A DNA stretch of 38,034 nt from a virus. Taxonomy: Duplodnaviria; Heunggongvirae; Uroviricota; Caudoviricetes. The stretch is taken from IMG/VR virus record IMGVR_UViG_2534681658_000022, one strand, 5' to 3'. The position numbers were made by a program, and so were the translations under genes. Shown here piece by piece: positions 1-9,384 of the stretch. Numbering within the stretch: position 1 is the stretch's first letter; each line of letters begins with the position of its first letter. The notes below the pieces were generated by a model. The model saw only the letters and a list, made by a program, of their open reading frames with translations. It ran no database searches and had not been told where the DNA came from.

Positions 1-483
1 ATGACGAAGAAAAAAGCACATAAACCTGGTTCAGCGACCATCGCGCTTAACAAGCGCGCCCGTCACGAATACTTTATCGAAGAAGAGTTCGAAGCGGGAC
101 TTGCCCTGCAAGGCTGGGAGGTTAAATCCCTGCGCGCAGGAAAAGCCAATATCAGCGACAGCTACGTCCTTCTGCGTGACGGAGAGGCATTTCTGTTTGG
201 CGCTAACATCACGCCAATGGCCGTGGCCTCCACGCATGTGGTGTGCGATCCTACCCGTACCCGCAAGTTACTTCTCAACCAGCGCGAACTGGACTCATTG
301 TACGGTCGCGTCAATCGAGAAGGCTATACCGTAGTGGCGCTCTCCCTGTACTGGAAAAATGCCTGGTGCAAAGTGAAAATCGGCGTCGCCAAAGGTAAAA
401 AACAGCACGATAAACGTTCAGATATCAAAGAACGCGAATGGCAGGTGGATAAAGCACGTATCATGAAAAACGCCCACCGTTAA
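1..483 (+). CDS. smpB: SsrA-binding protein SmpB
   Basis: 160-aa ORF that I recognise as enterobacterial SmpB; sits immediately upstream of the tmRNA gene, the conserved host arrangement. Confidence 0.95.
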
Positions 484-697
484 ACCTGCACTCCAATTAT
501 TGACCAGTTCCTCACCGCGCCTCCCTCTCCGGCGGCGCGAATGAACATCTTATTGGCTATCACATCCGACACAAATGTTGCCATCCCATTGCTTAATCGA
601 ATAAAAATCAGGCTACATGGGTGCTAAATCTTTAACGATAACGCCATTGAGGCTGGTCATGGCGCTCATAAATCTGGTATACTTACCTTTACACATT

Positions 698-1060
698 GGG
701 GCTGATTCTGGATTCGACGGGATTTGCGAAACCCAAGGTGCATGCCGAGGGGCGGTTGGCCTCGTAAAAAGCCGCAAAAAATAGTCGCAAACGACGAAAA
801 CTACGCTTTAGCAGCTTAATAACCTGCTTAGAGCCCTCTCTCCCTAGCCTCCGCTCTTAGGACGGGGATCAAGAGAGGTCAAACCCAAAAGAGATCGCGT
901 GGAAGCCCTGCCTGGGGTTGAAGCGTTAAAACTTAATCAGGCTAGTTTGTTAGTGGCGTGTCCGTCCGCAGCTGGCAAGCGAATGTAAAGACTGACTAAG
1001 CATGTAGTACCGAGGATGTAGGAATTTCGGACGCGGGTTCAACTCCCGCCAGCTCCACCA
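698..1060 (+). ncRNA. ssrA: tmRNA (SsrA, transfer-messenger RNA)
   Basis: 363 nt starting GGGGCTGATTCTGGATTCGACGGG and ending GGTTCAACTCCCGCCAGCTCCACCA (tRNA-like 3' end with CCA). Internal tag frame at 781-813, GCAAACGACGAAAACTACGCTTTAGCAGCTTAA, encodes ANDENYALAA-stop. Confidence 0.93.
1016..1060. repeat. attL core: 45-bp direct repeat (3' end of ssrA), identical copy at 36244-36288
   Basis: ATGTAGGAATTTCGGACGCGGGTTCAACTCCCGCCAGCTCCACCA occurs twice in the window and brackets the phage gene set. Confidence 0.85.
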
Positions 1061-1070
1061 AATAAATCAA

Positions 1071-1103
1071 GGGGTTACGTGAAAGCGTAGCCCCTTTTTC
1101 TTT
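1071..1103 (+). terminator. Rho-independent terminator after ssrA
   Basis: GGGGTTACG / CGTAGCCCC stem (one mismatch) with loop TGAAAG, followed by TTTTTCTTT. Confidence 0.55.
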
Positions 1104-1183
1104 GGTAGTGGCGGCAAAATGGCGACAAACTTTTGCGTCTATCTTGCCTGTCGCCATCTTGAAATCATGCAAAGAGGTTTCAC

Positions 1184-1666
1184 ATGGAAGAACTTCACTT
1201 TGTTTACATCAATGCAAATGGTCGTATCGGTGTTCACTCTATACAGGGCATCAGTTATAGCGAAAATCATATACAGGGCATTTGTAAGAACACCGATCGA
1301 ATAAAAACCTTCCGAAAAGACCGCATTCTTAAACAGTACGATTCACCAGAACAAGCCATTCAGGAATGCGCGTCATTCCTCCCCGAAAACTACTCACATC
1401 TCACTAAGCAGTCTGGTCCGAAAAAAAATACATTCGATGTGTGTTTCACCGGATTTAAGAAAGCAGATAAAGAAAGATTGGTTGATAAGGCGAATGAACA
1501 AGGATTAACGGTAAGAACCTCTGTAACCCAAAGCCTTCAGATGCTCTGTTGCGGTTACAATGCAGGCCCATCAAAAGTATCGGCAGCCAGGATGAAAGGC
1601 ACAATCATCATAGATGAGCCTGGCTTTATACATTTTCTTGAAACGGGTGAGATCCCAGATGAATAA
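1184..1666 (+). CDS. Hypothetical cargo protein with WYL-like N-terminal segment and BRCT-like C-terminal domain
   Basis: 160-aa ORF with AGAGG 7 nt upstream of the ATG. N-terminus has a QGICKNTDRIKTFRKDRI segment resembling the conserved WYL-domain core. C-terminus (FDVCFTGF...KERLVDKANEQGLTV...AGPSKVSAARMKGTIIIDE) resembles the BRCT domain of NAD-dependent DNA ligase. Domain calls are by eye. Confidence 0.6.
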   Translation: MEELHFVYINANGRIGVHSIQGISYSENHIQGICKNTDRIKTFRKDRILKQYDSPEQAIQECASFLPENYSHLTKQSGPKKNTFDVCFTGFKKADKERLVDKANEQGLTVRTSVTQSLQMLCCGYNAGPSKVSAARMKGTIIIDEPGFIHFLETGEIPDE

Positions 1667-1692
1667 AAACCTGCCGTAGCAGGTTCTCTTTC

Positions 1693-1911
1693 TCAAAAAT
1701 TCATATGCCCCTGACCACCTGGCAATGGATGTGGAGGAGCAGTAGCAATCAGTGCGGGTGTCACAATAAACCGGACCACTGTTTCATGGGTAACAAAAGT
1801 GCTCCCGCAGTTAATATTTTGGCACTGGCAGTAACGCTCTTTGGTGCTTTCAGTTACTTGAAAACTGCTCCTTGTGTGTGCCGCATGACCACACTTTGGA
1901 CAATTCATCAT
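1693..1911 (-). CDS. ogr: Late-gene transcriptional activator, Ogr/Delta zinc-finger family
   Basis: 72-aa product MMNCPKCGHAAHTRSSFQVTESTKERYCQCQNINCGSTF... with the C-x2-C...C-x4-C Ogr zinc finger. Start set at the internal ATG; the tracked ORF extends to 1956. Confidence 0.85.
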   Translation of the reverse strand: MMNCPKCGHAAHTRSSFQVTESTKERYCQCQNINCGSTFVTHETVVRFIVTPALIATAPPHPLPGGQGHMNF

Positions 1912-1979
1912 ATCCAGATCCCTACCTTTGCTATCAGAATCATTGTAATGATACACAAAATACCAATATTGAGAACCTT

Positions 1980-3080
1980 TTATTCCATTTCAAGATCATC
2001 AATCTTCACTTCGAGTTCAATACTGGTTGTAAAACCGTTATCCGGGCTGACGGTATGTGTCAGAGTCGTAATGGTCCATTCCGCATCATCTATCGGCTGT
2101 TTAAAACCACTGACTTTCACTGGCATTTCCGTGTAGAGATCTGCCCGACCTTCCGCCAGTTGTAGCGAGAATGACGCAACGCCGCGTTGCAGGCGTTCCC
2201 ACTGCATTTTCGCTGCCCGTTCAGCGTTGCTCCGGTTGGCATAAGTGCGATTAAGTACCAGCACGTTTTCATCCGTACCCACCAGGTAATCGCCCTGCTT
2301 CGCTTCCGGCTCTTTCTTCTGATTCTTAGTCCTGCGCTTACGCTTCACCGTTGTGCTTTCTTTCTTCGCGGGTTCGCGGGTATGCAACCAACTGGCAATT
2401 ACGCCCGTATAGGCTCCGCGATCTGCCAGGGTAAAGCGGTGACTGTCGCCGTCCTTACGTGTGATAGTGATCACCGGTAGTGGTTTACCGCTGGCACTTT
2501 TACCCTGTCCCTGCCGGATGAATAACAGATTGCCATTTTTCACCGACGCAATAGCACCGTACTGGCGCGCCAGCCGCATCAAAAAACTGCCGTCACTCTC
2601 ATTAGTCTGGTCTATATGCTCCACGGGTTTATCCGACAAGTCTTTAGCCAGTGCCATCTTCAGTTTGTGCCGCGCGGCTATTTCCTTCACCACTTCCCCG
2701 ACCGTGGTCTTGTGCCACGACTTTTCACGGCGGGTATTCAGCGTTTCCCGAAAATCAGCACTTCGCGCCCGGATAGTCAGGCGGTCCGGTGCGCCAGTGT
2801 GTTCAATCTCGTCCACCGTGAATGCCCCTTTCGGGAAAAGCGGCTGCCCCTTCCAACCCAGCGCCAGCGTAATGACCGCACCACGGCGCGGCAGCACGAT
2901 TTTTCCGTCAGCGTCGTCCAGCTCCAGATCAAGCTGGTCCGCTTCAAAGCCCCGGTTATCCGTCAGCGTAAGCCCCATCAGGCGGTTGTCCAGCACAGTA
3001 GTGATATCCCTGCCCTCAATACTGATGCTGAATGCGGGAGTTTTGTTGCCCTTATTAAGCAGTTCAGAGCTGAAATTCAC
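1980..3080 (-). CDS. D: Tail protein D (late control gene D family)
   Basis: 366-aa ORF at the P2 gpD position, adjacent to ogr and downstream of U; sequence character matches the gpD family. Confidence 0.88.
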   Translation of the reverse strand: MNFSSELLNKGNKTPAFSISIEGRDITTVLDNRLMGLTLTDNRGFEADQLDLELDDADGKIVLPRRGAVITLALGWKGQPLFPKGAFTVDEIEHTGAPDRLTIRARSADFRETLNTRREKSWHKTTVGEVVKEIAARHKLKMALAKDLSDKPVEHIDQTNESDGSFLMRLARQYGAIASVKNGNLLFIRQGQGKSASGKPLPVITITRKDGDSHRFTLADRGAYTGVIASWLHTREPAKKESTTVKRKRRTKNQKKEPEAKQGDYLVGTDENVLVLNRTYANRSNAERAAKMQWERLQRGVASFSLQLAEGRADLYTEMPVKVSGFKQPIDDAEWTITTLTHTVSPDNGFTTSIELEVKIDDLEME

Positions 3081-3562
3081 GACAGCAGCCCTCCCACCGT
3101 TTTACTGATATCGCTTAAAGCAGATGTTGCCGTTTCCTGCAGATTATTCAGTTGCGCACTGAGATCACCGAACATATCGGACAGGGATTCATCCACTCGT
3201 TTGAGCGACAGGGGGAACTCAATCCGGCGCGGCATACCGTCGCGGAAAAACTCCGTTTTAGTCTGATTCAGTCCCTCAATCACATACATGCCGTAAATCG
3301 TGCCGCTGCCTTCAATCAGGGGCCATGCTTTCCCCTGTTCTGCCATCTGCTCCAGTGCCAGCAACGACAGCCTGCCGCCTGTTATCTCCGGCATAAGAAC
3401 GCCAGAAAGCGTCAGCATGTCGTTATCCGGTCCCAGAAACTGCGTTGACGGGCGTCGGTTAACCCGGCTGTTTGCCGCATGTCGCCAGCTGCGTTGATAC
3501 TGCAGTTCCTGATACGGAACGGTGCGCAGCATAAACACGTACAATCCCAGCACCATCATCAT
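3077..3562 (-). CDS. U: Tail protein U
   Basis: 161-aa ORF between the tape measure gene and D, overlapping both by 4 nt; P2 gene order. Confidence 0.82.
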   Translation of the reverse strand: MMMVLGLYVFMLRTVPYQELQYQRSWRHAANSRVNRRPSTQFLGPDNDMLTLSGVLMPEITGGRLSLLALEQMAEQGKAWPLIEGSGTIYGMYVIEGLNQTKTEFFRDGMPRRIEFPLSLKRVDESLSDMFGDLSAQLNNLQETATSALSDISKTVGGLLS

Positions 3563-6500
3563 GCGTCGTATCCCCCCTGATCGCTGTAGTTACTCCTGGC
3601 TTTTGCCTTCAGCCTGCGTTCACGTTCATCAAGCTGGCGTGCCACCTCCCGCGCAATATCCTGCGCACTTTGTCCTGGCTGCGTCTGAATGATGATCTGC
3701 GTCGGTGCCTCAATCCGTTGAACGAGCGGCACAGTGGCTGCGCGACTCACAATTGCTTCTCCACCTTTCGCGGGAAGTGCCAAAGGGTGCAACGGTGGAA
3801 GCTCTGCTGGCGCGGCAGCAACGCCCATCATTCCGGCAACAACGGCAGCCAGTGCAGCTGTATTTCTCCGGCTGGTCACATTTGCCGGGCCGTTAACAAT
3901 TTCCGGCCCGTTTTCACCGACGATGCCAAACTGCCCGCGCGGGATATACCCGCCGCTGTCATACAACCCCGCAAAGCCATATCCCCATGACGGAAAACCA
4001 CCCGATGTCATCATCACTTTACCGTCTGCATTCACCGTCGCAGGTTGCTGACGCGTCACGCTTTCCGGCAGTTTTGCCTTTGCGGCTTCTTTACTGACAA
4101 TGCCGAGTTTTTCCAGCAACCAGGATACGCCGGATTTGAGGGAGTCCAGCGGATGCATAACCATATTCAGCCCTTCCGCCAGCGCCTCCCCGAATCGTCG
4201 CCCCATTTCCGCTGCGCTCTGCAGTTCGGCAGAAGTCGACTTAACGGGTGTCAGCAGATCAGTAAACCAGCCCCACAACGCCTGCACTTTATCGCCAATC
4301 CACTGGAACACAGGCTTAAGTGGTTCGAACGCGGCACTGACGGGACCTGCCGCTGCTTTGAATCCCTCCACCACACCACCGAGAAACGCGGTGATGGGTT
4401 GCCAGTATTTCCAGACAACCAGCGCCACACCCGCCAGTGCAGTAACCACAAGACCTATCGGACTGAGCAGAGCACCTAACAGACCAGACACGGCATACAG
4501 GGCAACGCGCAGCATCGCCAGTGGACCAGATGCCAGTACTCGCAGCACCGTGCCTGCGGCGGCCAGTCCACCGCGCAGTACCGCCAGAGGATTCATAAAC
4601 ATCACAGCAACAGCACGTAAACCGGATAATCCAGACCGCAAAAGTGCAACCGGCGCACCTGCTACAGTTTTCAGGACATTTCCCGTCAGTGATGCCGTGC
4701 GGCGCAAAGACGACAACGGCGCAGTAAGTAAACCTGCGGCGTTGCCCGATGAAGCAAGCCCGCGTCGCAGCAGTGCCAGTGGTGCGCCAGCCAGCCAGGA
4801 CAACGCGCTGCTGGTTCGAGTTACTGCTGCCGTAACGGAAGATAACGTTTTGATACCCAACACAGAGAATCCCAGACGGATCACTGCCAGCGGCCCCAGC
4901 ACTGCAGCCAGCGCCACCGCTAAGGTGCCGAGGCCGACGGTAACCGCAGCCACAACAGCCGATGCTTTCATCAGTGTGCCTGTCAGTTCCGGGTTAGCTT
5001 CCACCCAGCGACGCAACGCCCCCGTGACGCTTTTCACCGTGTACAGAATATCCATCAGCGGCTGGCGCAGCGTTTCGCCCAGGCTGCTGAAGGTGTTCTG
5101 CGCTCCGGTTTTGGCCAGCAACCACTGCGCAGAAAGTGAATCCTTGTTAATGTCGGATTCTTTCTGCATGGAGCCGAGCGCATCATTGCCCGCTGTCAGT
5201 TTTAACTGACGCTGCAGTTCCGGCAGGTTGTTTGCCAGTTTCGCCGCGTCATCGCCAAACTCTTTACCAAACAACATAGTCATGGCAGACAGGCGCTTGT
5301 CCTGCGGCAGCGCGTTTACCTTCTCCAGCACGCGCTGGATGGTTCCCATCGCATCCTTCGTCATCTGCTTTTCAATCACTTCAGGATTGAGTTTCAGCAG
5401 ATTCATCCCTTCAAAGAAACTCTTGCTTTGCATGGTGGCAATGGACAATTCACGCACCATCGCGTTTGCTGCACTGGCTGCAACCTCTGGCGCAGCGCCC
5501 AGTGTCAGGAAGGTGGAACCCAGCGCCGCCGCTTTACGATAATCCAGACGGTCAGCCACACCGCCCAGACGTTGCATCACATCAATGATGTCTGCCCCTT
5601 TCGACATGGCGTTATCATCCAGATAGTTCAGCGCATCACCGAGCTGTTCAATATTGCGGGTGGGGATTTTGTAGAGCTGGGCGATTTTCCCCAGACTTTC
5701 TGACAGTTCATCCGCTGGCAGCTCAAAGGCTGTTGCCGCCTTTGCTGCCGTACTGGCGAAGGCCAGCAGGTCACGTTTCTGATCTTCCCAGCTGTCGTCA
5801 GGGTTTGCGACGTTCATGCGCGCACCACCTTCAACCAGTGCAGCGAAGTCCACCGCACCGTTTTCCATCGGCAACTGTTCGCTGGCAGCCTTGATGGCAT
5901 CCTGCATTTCATAAAAACGTGCAGTGCGGTTGCCATTATCGTCACGCAGACCATTGACCTGCTTTGCCACACCTTTCATGGCATCTTCCATGCTGGTATA
6001 GCTTTTTACTGCCGCCATCACTGGCGCACCCATTGCCAGCCCTGCAGCCGTGGTGGTGGCTCCGGCACCTGCAATACGATCACGCACCTCCAGCGAACGG
6101 GCATAACTGGCACGCGCTGCATTCATCCTGCGCTGAGCTTCCCCCAGTCGCTTCAGCCGCGCCTCCTGTTTCGAAAGTTCCTGGTTATAACGTGATGTTT
6201 CACGGGCTAAACGGGCAGTTGCTCCCGCATCGTCTTTCGCAGAAATTCCCGCCCGGTACAGTTCAGCACGCACAAGCGCCGTCTGCTGCTGCAGCTTTTT
6301 CTTGCGTTCTTCCAGGCGCTGAACAGCCAGCCGTTGACGGCCCAGAGCAACAACCTGACGTTGCGAAGGCGGCCCCATCGCTCCCAGTTCCTGACTGAGC
6401 AAATTTGCACGCTGGCGGGCATAGTTCAGACTGTCGCCTAATTTCTGATTTTCTGCCTGCAGCTTTCGGAAGCTGTCCAGACTGCTCCCGGCCTGATCAA

Positions 6501-6636
6501 GCTGCTTTATTGCATCGCGGGATTTTTTGACAGCAGCAGCCAGTTCTCTTGAACTGGCCTGCGCAGATCGAAATGGGCGGGGGAGCTTGTCAACCGCATT
6601 AAGAATGACCTGCAGACGCAGGTTGTTATCACTCAT
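3559..6636 (-). CDS. T: Tail tape measure protein
   Basis: 1025-aa ORF with coiled-coil N-terminal region, a long Ala/Gly/Leu-rich hydrophobic repeat region and a C-terminal domain; follows E/E'. Confidence 0.92.
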   Translation of the reverse strand: MSDNNLRLQVILNAVDKLPRPFRSAQASSRELAAAVKKSRDAIKQLDQAGSSLDSFRKLQAENQKLGDSLNYARQRANLLSQELGAMGPPSQRQVVALGRQRLAVQRLEERKKKLQQQTALVRAELYRAGISAKDDAGATARLARETSRYNQELSKQEARLKRLGEAQRRMNAARASYARSLEVRDRIAGAGATTTAAGLAMGAPVMAAVKSYTSMEDAMKGVAKQVNGLRDDNGNRTARFYEMQDAIKAASEQLPMENGAVDFAALVEGGARMNVANPDDSWEDQKRDLLAFASTAAKAATAFELPADELSESLGKIAQLYKIPTRNIEQLGDALNYLDDNAMSKGADIIDVMQRLGGVADRLDYRKAAALGSTFLTLGAAPEVAASAANAMVRELSIATMQSKSFFEGMNLLKLNPEVIEKQMTKDAMGTIQRVLEKVNALPQDKRLSAMTMLFGKEFGDDAAKLANNLPELQRQLKLTAGNDALGSMQKESDINKDSLSAQWLLAKTGAQNTFSSLGETLRQPLMDILYTVKSVTGALRRWVEANPELTGTLMKASAVVAAVTVGLGTLAVALAAVLGPLAVIRLGFSVLGIKTLSSVTAAVTRTSSALSWLAGAPLALLRRGLASSGNAAGLLTAPLSSLRRTASLTGNVLKTVAGAPVALLRSGLSGLRAVAVMFMNPLAVLRGGLAAAGTVLRVLASGPLAMLRVALYAVSGLLGALLSPIGLVVTALAGVALVVWKYWQPITAFLGGVVEGFKAAAGPVSAAFEPLKPVFQWIGDKVQALWGWFTDLLTPVKSTSAELQSAAEMGRRFGEALAEGLNMVMHPLDSLKSGVSWLLEKLGIVSKEAAKAKLPESVTRQQPATVNADGKVMMTSGGFPSWGYGFAGLYDSGGYIPRGQFGIVGENGPEIVNGPANVTSRRNTAALAAVVAGMMGVAAAPAELPPLHPLALPAKGGEAIVSRAATVPLVQRIEAPTQIIIQTQPGQSAQDIAREVARQLDERERRLKAKARSNYSDQGGYDA

Positions 6637-7065
6637 CGTTGGCCCCGCTTCTCTGAATCGCTTTATACCGCCATTCCAGCACTTCGGTCAGCGGCATAAC
6701 GTCAGTAACGGATGGCGGCCAGGGAAAAATGGTGGCGATATCTGCCACCAGATCGTCAACCGTCAGGCTGTCGGTAAACCGGCAAGCACCGACTTCTTCA
6801 ACAAAAAAGTGACAACCTCAACCGACATGGCAGTGAGATCTGCCGGGTCCATCTCTGCAATTTCCTGTGCAGTCAGTGCCGGACTGGAGATGCGGGGGAT
6901 CACGGTCATCATCGCGTTTACATCCATATCCATAATGGCCTGCAGGCGTGTACCGCGCAGCGCACCGGACTGCGGTTTACGCAGCACAATTTCGGTGATT
7001 TCTGTTTTACCGCGCTTGATGGGGGTATCCAGTTGAATGGTCTTTTCAGTCTGCTTATCACTCAT
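6629..7065 (-). CDS. Tail assembly chaperone E+E' (predicted -1 frameshift product)
   Basis: Slippery heptamer T_TTT_TTG on the minus strand (plus coordinates 6808-6802) lies in the E frame. My hand translation of the -1 frame continues about 58 codons to a TGA at 6629-6631, overlapping the T start codon. Confidence 0.55.
6763..7065 (-). CDS. E: Tail assembly chaperone E
   Basis: 100-aa ORF immediately upstream of the tape measure gene and ending ...VVTFLLKKSVLAGLPTA across the slippery site. Confidence 0.8.
   Translation of the reverse strand: MSDKQTEKTIQLDTPIKRGKTEITEIVLRKPQSGALRGTRLQAIMDMDVNAMMTVIPRISSPALTAQEIAEMDPADLTAMSVEVVTFLLKKSVLAGLPTA
6802..6808 (-). promoter_or_regulatory. Programmed -1 ribosomal frameshift slippery site (TTTTTTG)
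   Basis: Heptamer in X_XXY_YYZ phasing relative to the E frame, in the position expected for the E/E' (lambda G/GT-like) chaperone frameshift. Confidence 0.55.
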
Positions 7066-7119
7066 TTTTCTGTCCTGTAAATTGGGTTCTGGCGCGGCAT
7101 TCCGCGCCGTTCAGATACA

Positions 7120-7635
7120 TCAGAGGCCGAGGGCGTTGCGGTGCGCTTCCATCAGGTCCACACCGTCCACAATTTCCACCATGTTGATAAGGTCCACTTC
7201 ATAGAGCACCTCACCATTGATAGTCAGCTTCGCGTAACTGTTGGTACTGGTCACTTTGGTGGTGTTGCTTTCGCCCGTCTTCCACTCGCCGGAGTCCACT
7301 TCTTTGTGACGTCCACGCACCACAAGCTCCACGGCCTGTACTTCCCCGGTATCATCACGCTGGATAGAGCCGGTAAAGCGCAACTGGATGCCATCCACCG
7401 TGGCTTTGCCCATCTGTTTAAACAGCAGCAGTTCAGTACCACCAATGGAAAATTCTGTGTCCAGAGCACTGTCATCAAGCCCCAGATCCACATCCACTGC
7501 ACCCGGCATTCCGCCGCCGCGATACTTCTCATATTTGCGGGTGAATTTCGGCAGCGTCAGCGACTCTACGATCCCCTGCCAGTTGTTCCCGTCGTTAAAC
7601 AGGTTCAGATGTTTTAATTTGCGTGGTAAAGCCAT
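7120..7635 (-). CDS. FII: Tail tube protein FII
   Basis: 171-aa ORF directly downstream of the sheath gene; conserved sheath-tube pairing in contractile tails. Confidence 0.88.
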   Translation of the reverse strand: MALPRKLKHLNLFNDGNNWQGIVESLTLPKFTRKYEKYRGGGMPGAVDVDLGLDDSALDTEFSIGGTELLLFKQMGKATVDGIQLRFTGSIQRDDTGEVQAVELVVRGRHKEVDSGEWKTGESNTTKVTSTNSYAKLTINGEVLYEVDLINMVEIVDGVDLMEAHRNALGL

Positions 7636-7644
7636 GTTGTCCCC

Positions 7645-8817
7645 TTACGCGCTGACCTGGCTGGCAAAATTCACCAGGTACTGATCGGTGATGCGCTGGC
7701 GCAGCATCAGATTTTCAAGTGGCGGCACTGGCGTGTAGTCATAGTCGATGGTGAGTTTTCCGGCTTTCAGCGTGTCTTTGTCGTTCACCGACTCATCCAG
7801 CCAGCAATCACCACCAATGAGATAGCCCTGACTGACCAGGCTGCGCATTTTGGCGCGGATACCTTCGATAATGTCGCGGGCCAGCGACGGGTTAAGCGGT
7901 TTATCCACTGCCCACATGTGCGCTTCTGCCATTGTGTCCGTCAGCACCTGCGCCGTGCGGGTGTAGTTTTCGAAGGCAAAGAGCGGGTCATCACTCAGGC
8001 AGCGGGAACCCCAGAAGCGGAAACCGTCTTTACGCACAAGCGTGGTGACGTCGTTCTGGTTCAGCAGACCTGCATCGGTTGCCGGGTCCTGCAGATCCCA
8101 GAACACATCTGCAGAAATTCCGGTGACACCGTTCACGCCCACGTTGGACAGGCTTTTGTGCCACCCGGTCTGCTCATCAATTTTGGCACGCAGACCAAGC
8201 GCACGGGCGGTGGCATATGCCGTTGCTTCGGCATTCAGCACCGTGTCCCAGCCAGTAAAGTCGGGCCAGATCAGCATTCCTTCGCGCTGGCTGAAGTTTT
8301 CACGGTAAGTGATCGCCTCCTGTACCGTCTTGCAGCCATACGCTGACAGGTAAGCAAACCCACGCAGGCTTTGCGCCACGCTCAGCAACTCAGTCGCAAC
8401 GGCTTTGTTATCGTGACCTGGCACGCCGAGAATGCGCGGTTTAACGCCGAGCTGTGACTGGGCAGATAGCAGGGCTTTCATGCCTGTTTTTTTACCTTCA
8501 GCAGTCACAGCGCCGATGATATTGGTCGTGGTTTCGTCTTCCGTTTCACCCTGCGGCACACGCACAACAACGGTCACGGGTTTTGCCTGGTCAGCGATGG
8601 CATCCAGCGAACGGGCCAGAGTACCGGACTCACCCGCTTTACCGCTGGCAGTCAGCACATCAGTGATCAGCACGGGTTTATTAAGAGGAAACATTTTTGC
8701 ATCGGCATCATCGCCCGTGCAGACCATACCCACGATGGCGGTGCTCACCGTGGTAATGGATCGGGGGCCTTCGTTGACTTCAACAACGCGCACCCCGTGG
8801 TGGTAATCCTGAGCCAT
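7645..8817 (-). CDS. FI: Tail sheath protein FI
   Basis: 390-aa ORF with tail-sheath character, upstream of the tube gene. Confidence 0.9.
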   Translation of the reverse strand: MAQDYHHGVRVVEVNEGPRSITTVSTAIVGMVCTGDDADAKMFPLNKPVLITDVLTASGKAGESGTLARSLDAIADQAKPVTVVVRVPQGETEDETTTNIIGAVTAEGKKTGMKALLSAQSQLGVKPRILGVPGHDNKAVATELLSVAQSLRGFAYLSAYGCKTVQEAITYRENFSQREGMLIWPDFTGWDTVLNAEATAYATARALGLRAKIDEQTGWHKSLSNVGVNGVTGISADVFWDLQDPATDAGLLNQNDVTTLVRKDGFRFWGSRCLSDDPLFAFENYTRTAQVLTDTMAEAHMWAVDKPLNPSLARDIIEGIRAKMRSLVSQGYLIGGDCWLDESVNDKDTLKAGKLTIDYDYTPVPPLENLMLRQRITDQYLVNFASQVSA

Positions 8818-8949
8818 AAGGCAGTCTCTCCGGTAGTAGAGGGGGTCTGCCTATGTTCTGGTTGATACGAGCAGGATGCACGTTATGTGGTTTGTATGAA
8901 AAATGGCACAACGGCGGATACAGGAATCCCCGCAGACGCGGGGATGTAT

Positions 8950-9384
8950 TCAGACTTCTGGTGATAAAGGCCAGACTATATCCGGGGCATCACTTACATT
9001 AATATTTTCAAGTAACTCAAGATAATCCAGCATCGCATTAAATCTGGTTGTCTCCATTTCGTTCAGCCTGCCAAGCTGTAATTTTGATGGCCATTGTTTT
9101 TCATTAATCAGGTTGTTAGCCTCATTAATGCGCATCTGTTTCATCATTTCTGCCTGTTCCACCTGTTCCTCATGGGTCAATGGTGGACGTTCTTCCCATG
9201 ATGGCTGGTTATCAGTGCCTGCAACCATTTTGTACCCTTCCCGATAACCAAGATAAAACTCCTGATAGACTGCATCACTTACCTCAATACAGTCATCCGG
9301 CCACGCATCGAGAGCATCGTAATAATCAGATTTCAGTTCACTGTTATAAAATGCATTTCTTGATGGACTGTAAAAATAACTCAT
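8950..9384 (-). CDS. G: Tail fiber assembly protein (chaperone)
   Basis: C-terminus ...NVSDAPDIVWPLSPEV matches the conserved end of Tfa/gpG-type tail fiber assembly proteins. Start codon overlaps the fiber stop (TGATG); the tracked ORF has an upstream extension to 9417. Confidence 0.75.
   Translation of the reverse strand: MSYFYSPSRNAFYNSELKSDYYDALDAWPDDCIEVSDAVYQEFYLGYREGYKMVAGTDNQPSWEERPPLTHEEQVEQAEMMKQMRINEANNLINEKQWPSKLQLGRLNEMETTRFNAMLDYLELLENINVSDAPDIVWPLSPEV

Noticed and set aside
4100-5209. 369-aa plus-strand ORF
   Set aside because: Lies antisense inside the tape measure gene; Ala/Ser/Pro/Thr-rich low-complexity translation typical of a shadow ORF in GC-rich coding DNA.
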